Positions 51,592-53,503 of a stretch of 53,503 nucleotides of DNA are shown piece by piece (within the stretch, counting starts at the first letter, position 1; every line of letters begins with the position of its first letter). This DNA is from a virus. Lineage: Duplodnaviria > Caudoviricetes. The stretch lies in IMG/VR virus record IMGVR_UViG_3300032373_000014, positions 1 to 53,503 of that record. One strand, written 5' to 3'. The translations under genes were made by a program, and so were the position numbers. Below the pieces are notes generated by a model, which saw only the letters and a program-made list of their open reading frames with translations, did not search any database and was not told where the DNA came from.

Positions 51592-52727
51592 AAGTCATCA
51601 CAGGGCACCACATTGCCCAACTAGAGCCAGACGTAGAAGCCGGAATTACCGTTCGTCAGGTATCACTAAAATACTGGTTCGAACACGCCCAGCACCTTGT
51701 TTCAAACAGCACACCAAGAGCTTCATTTTCTAAATTAGACAAGTTTTTGCTCGAATTTGAGGGTGATGGCCCTCAGATGTTGGCTGAGGAGTGGACCAAA
51801 GAAACAACCAAGAAGCTGATCAAATGGATGAGGGACAACCCTGCCTACTCGGAACGCTCCGTCAAAGATGAGGAAGGGACCGTAATAGAAGTGGTCCGCA
51901 CACCTCGGCCCTGCAGCGACAAGGCCATCAACAGGCACATTGACGACATAAGGGCTGCGTTCCGTTATTGTATGGATCGCCCGCCGATCATTCAGGGAAT
52001 TCAGGGAGCGGAAACCCGGCAAGGTCGGAAAAAACCGACACTTTCCATTGACCAGGTGAAGAAGTTGTTCGCGTATGCCCACGAAAAACCCGAACGGCGC
52101 CACCTACAGAATTATCTCGTACTTGCCATAACAACGCTTGGCAGGCCCGAAGCATTGATCGACGTCAGTGTCGAACCTGAACGCGGGCAAATCGAATGGG
52201 ATTACCGCCGCCTTCATCTGAACCCAGAAGGTAGAAAGCAAACGAAAAAGCACCGACCTATAGTTCCGATCAACGACTATCTTTTGCCAATTATTCAGGA
52301 TAGCAGCGCCCGCTATGAAGCCTCACGGATCGGTAGCGGACAGAAGTCCAGCGGGTACATAGTTGAATACAAGGGGAAGCCGGTTGCTGGAATGCGCCAA
52401 ACATGGAACCGGGCAAAGACCGCTCTTGGATGGCCGGTCGGCGGGGATATTGGGAGGGATTGGGACATCAAAATGCTACGGCATACAATGTCAAAGTACT
52501 TGCGGGCGCAGGGGGTGCCTTGGCCGGAGTTGCAAGGACATCTCGGTCATAGCATCAAAGGCCAGACCGAAACATACGCCGAGTACGATCCCAAATATAT
52601 GGGTCACGTACAGGCTGAAATCACTCGATTTATGGGGCTTATTTTTGAAGGCCAGAAATGGGCTTGCACCCCACTTGCACCCCACCTGGCAGCAAGCGTT
52701 GTTTCACTTCAGTCTAAAAACATTTGA
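51447..52727 (+). CDS. int: Tyrosine integrase
   Basis: TLGRPEA (R), TKKHRP (K), LRHT, LGH and TYAEY catalytic motifs; adjacent to att. Confidence 0.93.
   Translation: MSEHEYQVGKYWLARDKEGGPYKINWYDEGKRKVRRKTTGSKDLQRAIEVITGHHIAQLEPDVEAGITVRQVSLKYWFEHAQHLVSNSTPRASFSKLDKFLLEFEGDGPQMLAEEWTKETTKKLIKWMRDNPAYSERSVKDEEGTVIEVVRTPRPCSDKAINRHIDDIRAAFRYCMDRPPIIQGIQGAETRQGRKKPTLSIDQVKKLFAYAHEKPERRHLQNYLVLAITTLGRPEALIDVSVEPERGQIEWDYRRLHLNPEGRKQTKKHRPIVPINDYLLPIIQDSSARYEASRIGSGQKSSGYIVEYKGKPVAGMRQTWNRAKTALGWPVGGDIGRDWDIKMLRHTMSKYLRAQGVPWPELQGHLGHSIKGQTETYAEYDPKYMGHVQAEITRFMGLIFEGQKWACTPLAPHLAASVVSLQSKNI
52664..52690 (+). repeat. Arm-type repeat copy inside the int 3' end
   Basis: Identical to 324..350 (27 bp). 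Confidence 0.75.
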
Positions 52728-52739
52728 TTTTTCAAAGCC

Positions 52740-52791
52740 TTAAATGGTGGTCGGTACTGGACTCGAACCAGCGACCTCGTCGATGTCAACG
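52740..52791 (+). repeat. att core, right copy
   Basis: Identical to 182..233. Confidence 0.97.
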
Positions 52792-52820
52792 ACGCGCTCT
52801 ACCAACTGAGCTAACCGACC
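52745..52820 (-). tRNA. tRNA-Val (GAC)
   Basis: GGTCGGTTAGCTCAGTTGGTAGAGCGCGTCGTTGACATCGACGAGGTCGCTGGTTCGAGTCCAGTACCGACCACCA; 76-nt cloverleaf with encoded CCA. Confidence 0.98.
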
Positions 52821-53031
52821 GTTCCATTTCCCCGAGCAAAGCTGCTCAGATGTCCGCGTATATAAACCGTGCTTTGCGCAGGCGCAAGCCAAATTGCCGA
52901 GCGCTGAATTTGCGGATCTTTTCACTGCGTCGATCAAAATAGAGGCCACAATGCCAGACAAAACAACAGAAAAAACGCGTGCGCCAAAGCAGCAAGTGAC
53001 TTCTTAATATTTTACCGGTAGCCTATAGCCT

Positions 53032-53503
53032 ATGAGACAAGAGCCAGTGCCTCCACCTTTTATCTTACGCAGCGCGGAGGGCGACCTCTCGCCATTTATT
53101 TTCGCGGCTCCACACAGCGGGCGCTATTATCCGCCCGACTTCCAGTCAAGATCCGCACTCGCCGCCTTTGACCTGCAGCGGTCAGAAGATGCCTTTGTGG
53201 ACATGCTGTTCCGCGACGTCACCACATGCGGCGGCACCCAACTGGTGGCCACTCATGCTCGTGCTTACCTTGATTTGAACCGCGCTGCCGATGAACTTGA
53301 TGCAACCATGTTTGCGCCGCGTCTCGATGCGAAAGGCTTAAACACCAGCCAAAGGGTGAAGGTGGGACTGGGCTTGATTCCGCGCATCATTGCGGAAGGC
53401 GTACCAATTTATAAAGACCCGCTTCCTGCACGCGAAGTCGACAAACGCGTGACAAGCGTGCACACACCCTACCACCATAAATTATCGCAATTGCTTACGG
53501 CCC
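53032..53503 (+). CDS. Host N-formylglutamate amidohydrolase (partial, runs off the window)
   Basis: Hand-translated ...PFIFAAPHSGRYYP...RSEDAFVD...RAYLDLNR. Confidence 0.88.
   Translation, partial: MRQEPVPPPFILRSAEGDLSPFIFAAPHSGRYYPPDFQSRSALAAFDLQRSEDAFVDMLFRDVTTCGGTQLVATHARAYLDLNRAADELDATMFAPRLDAKGLNTSQRVKVGLGLIPRIIAEGVPIYKDPLPAREVDKRVTSVHTPYHHKLSQLLTA

Larger units (their letters stand above)
182..52791. mobile_element. Temperate siphovirus-type prophage integrated in tRNA-Val(GAC); appears complete
   Basis: 52-bp terminal direct repeat; integrase, cI/cro, replication, terminase, portal, protease, capsid, tail and lysis genes all present in lambdoid order. Confidence 0.97.

Noticed and set aside
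52724-52961. Two ~72-aa ORFs over the tRNA
   Set aside because: Shadows of tRNA-Val

Overview
The window is almost entirely one apparently intact ~52.6-kb temperate siphovirus prophage (182..52791). It is integrated at the 3' half of a tRNA-Val(GAC) gene and bounded by a 52-bp att direct repeat. The host is probably an alphaproteobacterium: there is an alpha-type LexA box, GTA-like HK97 structural genes, and GapR- and GcrA-like genes. Left to right: a small accessory cluster (SOS-boxed zinc-ribbon gene, secreted DUF1524 nuclease, GrlR-like gene); minus-strand lysis, tail, head and packaging genes; replication and early genes; a lambdoid cI/cro switch with five 19-bp operators; a plus-strand early operon (RecET, C5 methyltransferase, many small genes); the tyrosine integrase; then the host tRNA and an N-formylglutamate amidohydrolase gene. 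Two candidate novel systems stand out. (1) A complete LuxR-LuxI acyl-homoserine-lactone quorum-sensing cassette plus a 76-aa ORF lies inside the immunity region between cI and the OL/PL operators, and the luxI ribosome-binding site is buried in a 14-bp RNA stem. (2) A repeat-punctuated gene-cassette array (45.8-51.1 kb) includes four antisense genes behind their own promoter and structured RNA leader. All four sit in codon register with a 568-codon open sense frame that is translationally coupled at both ends. Also notable are a second tail-terminator paralogue in the early operon and a MuF protein with a JAB-like extension followed by a small unannotated ORF. All protein family calls are by motif recognition; no searches were run.
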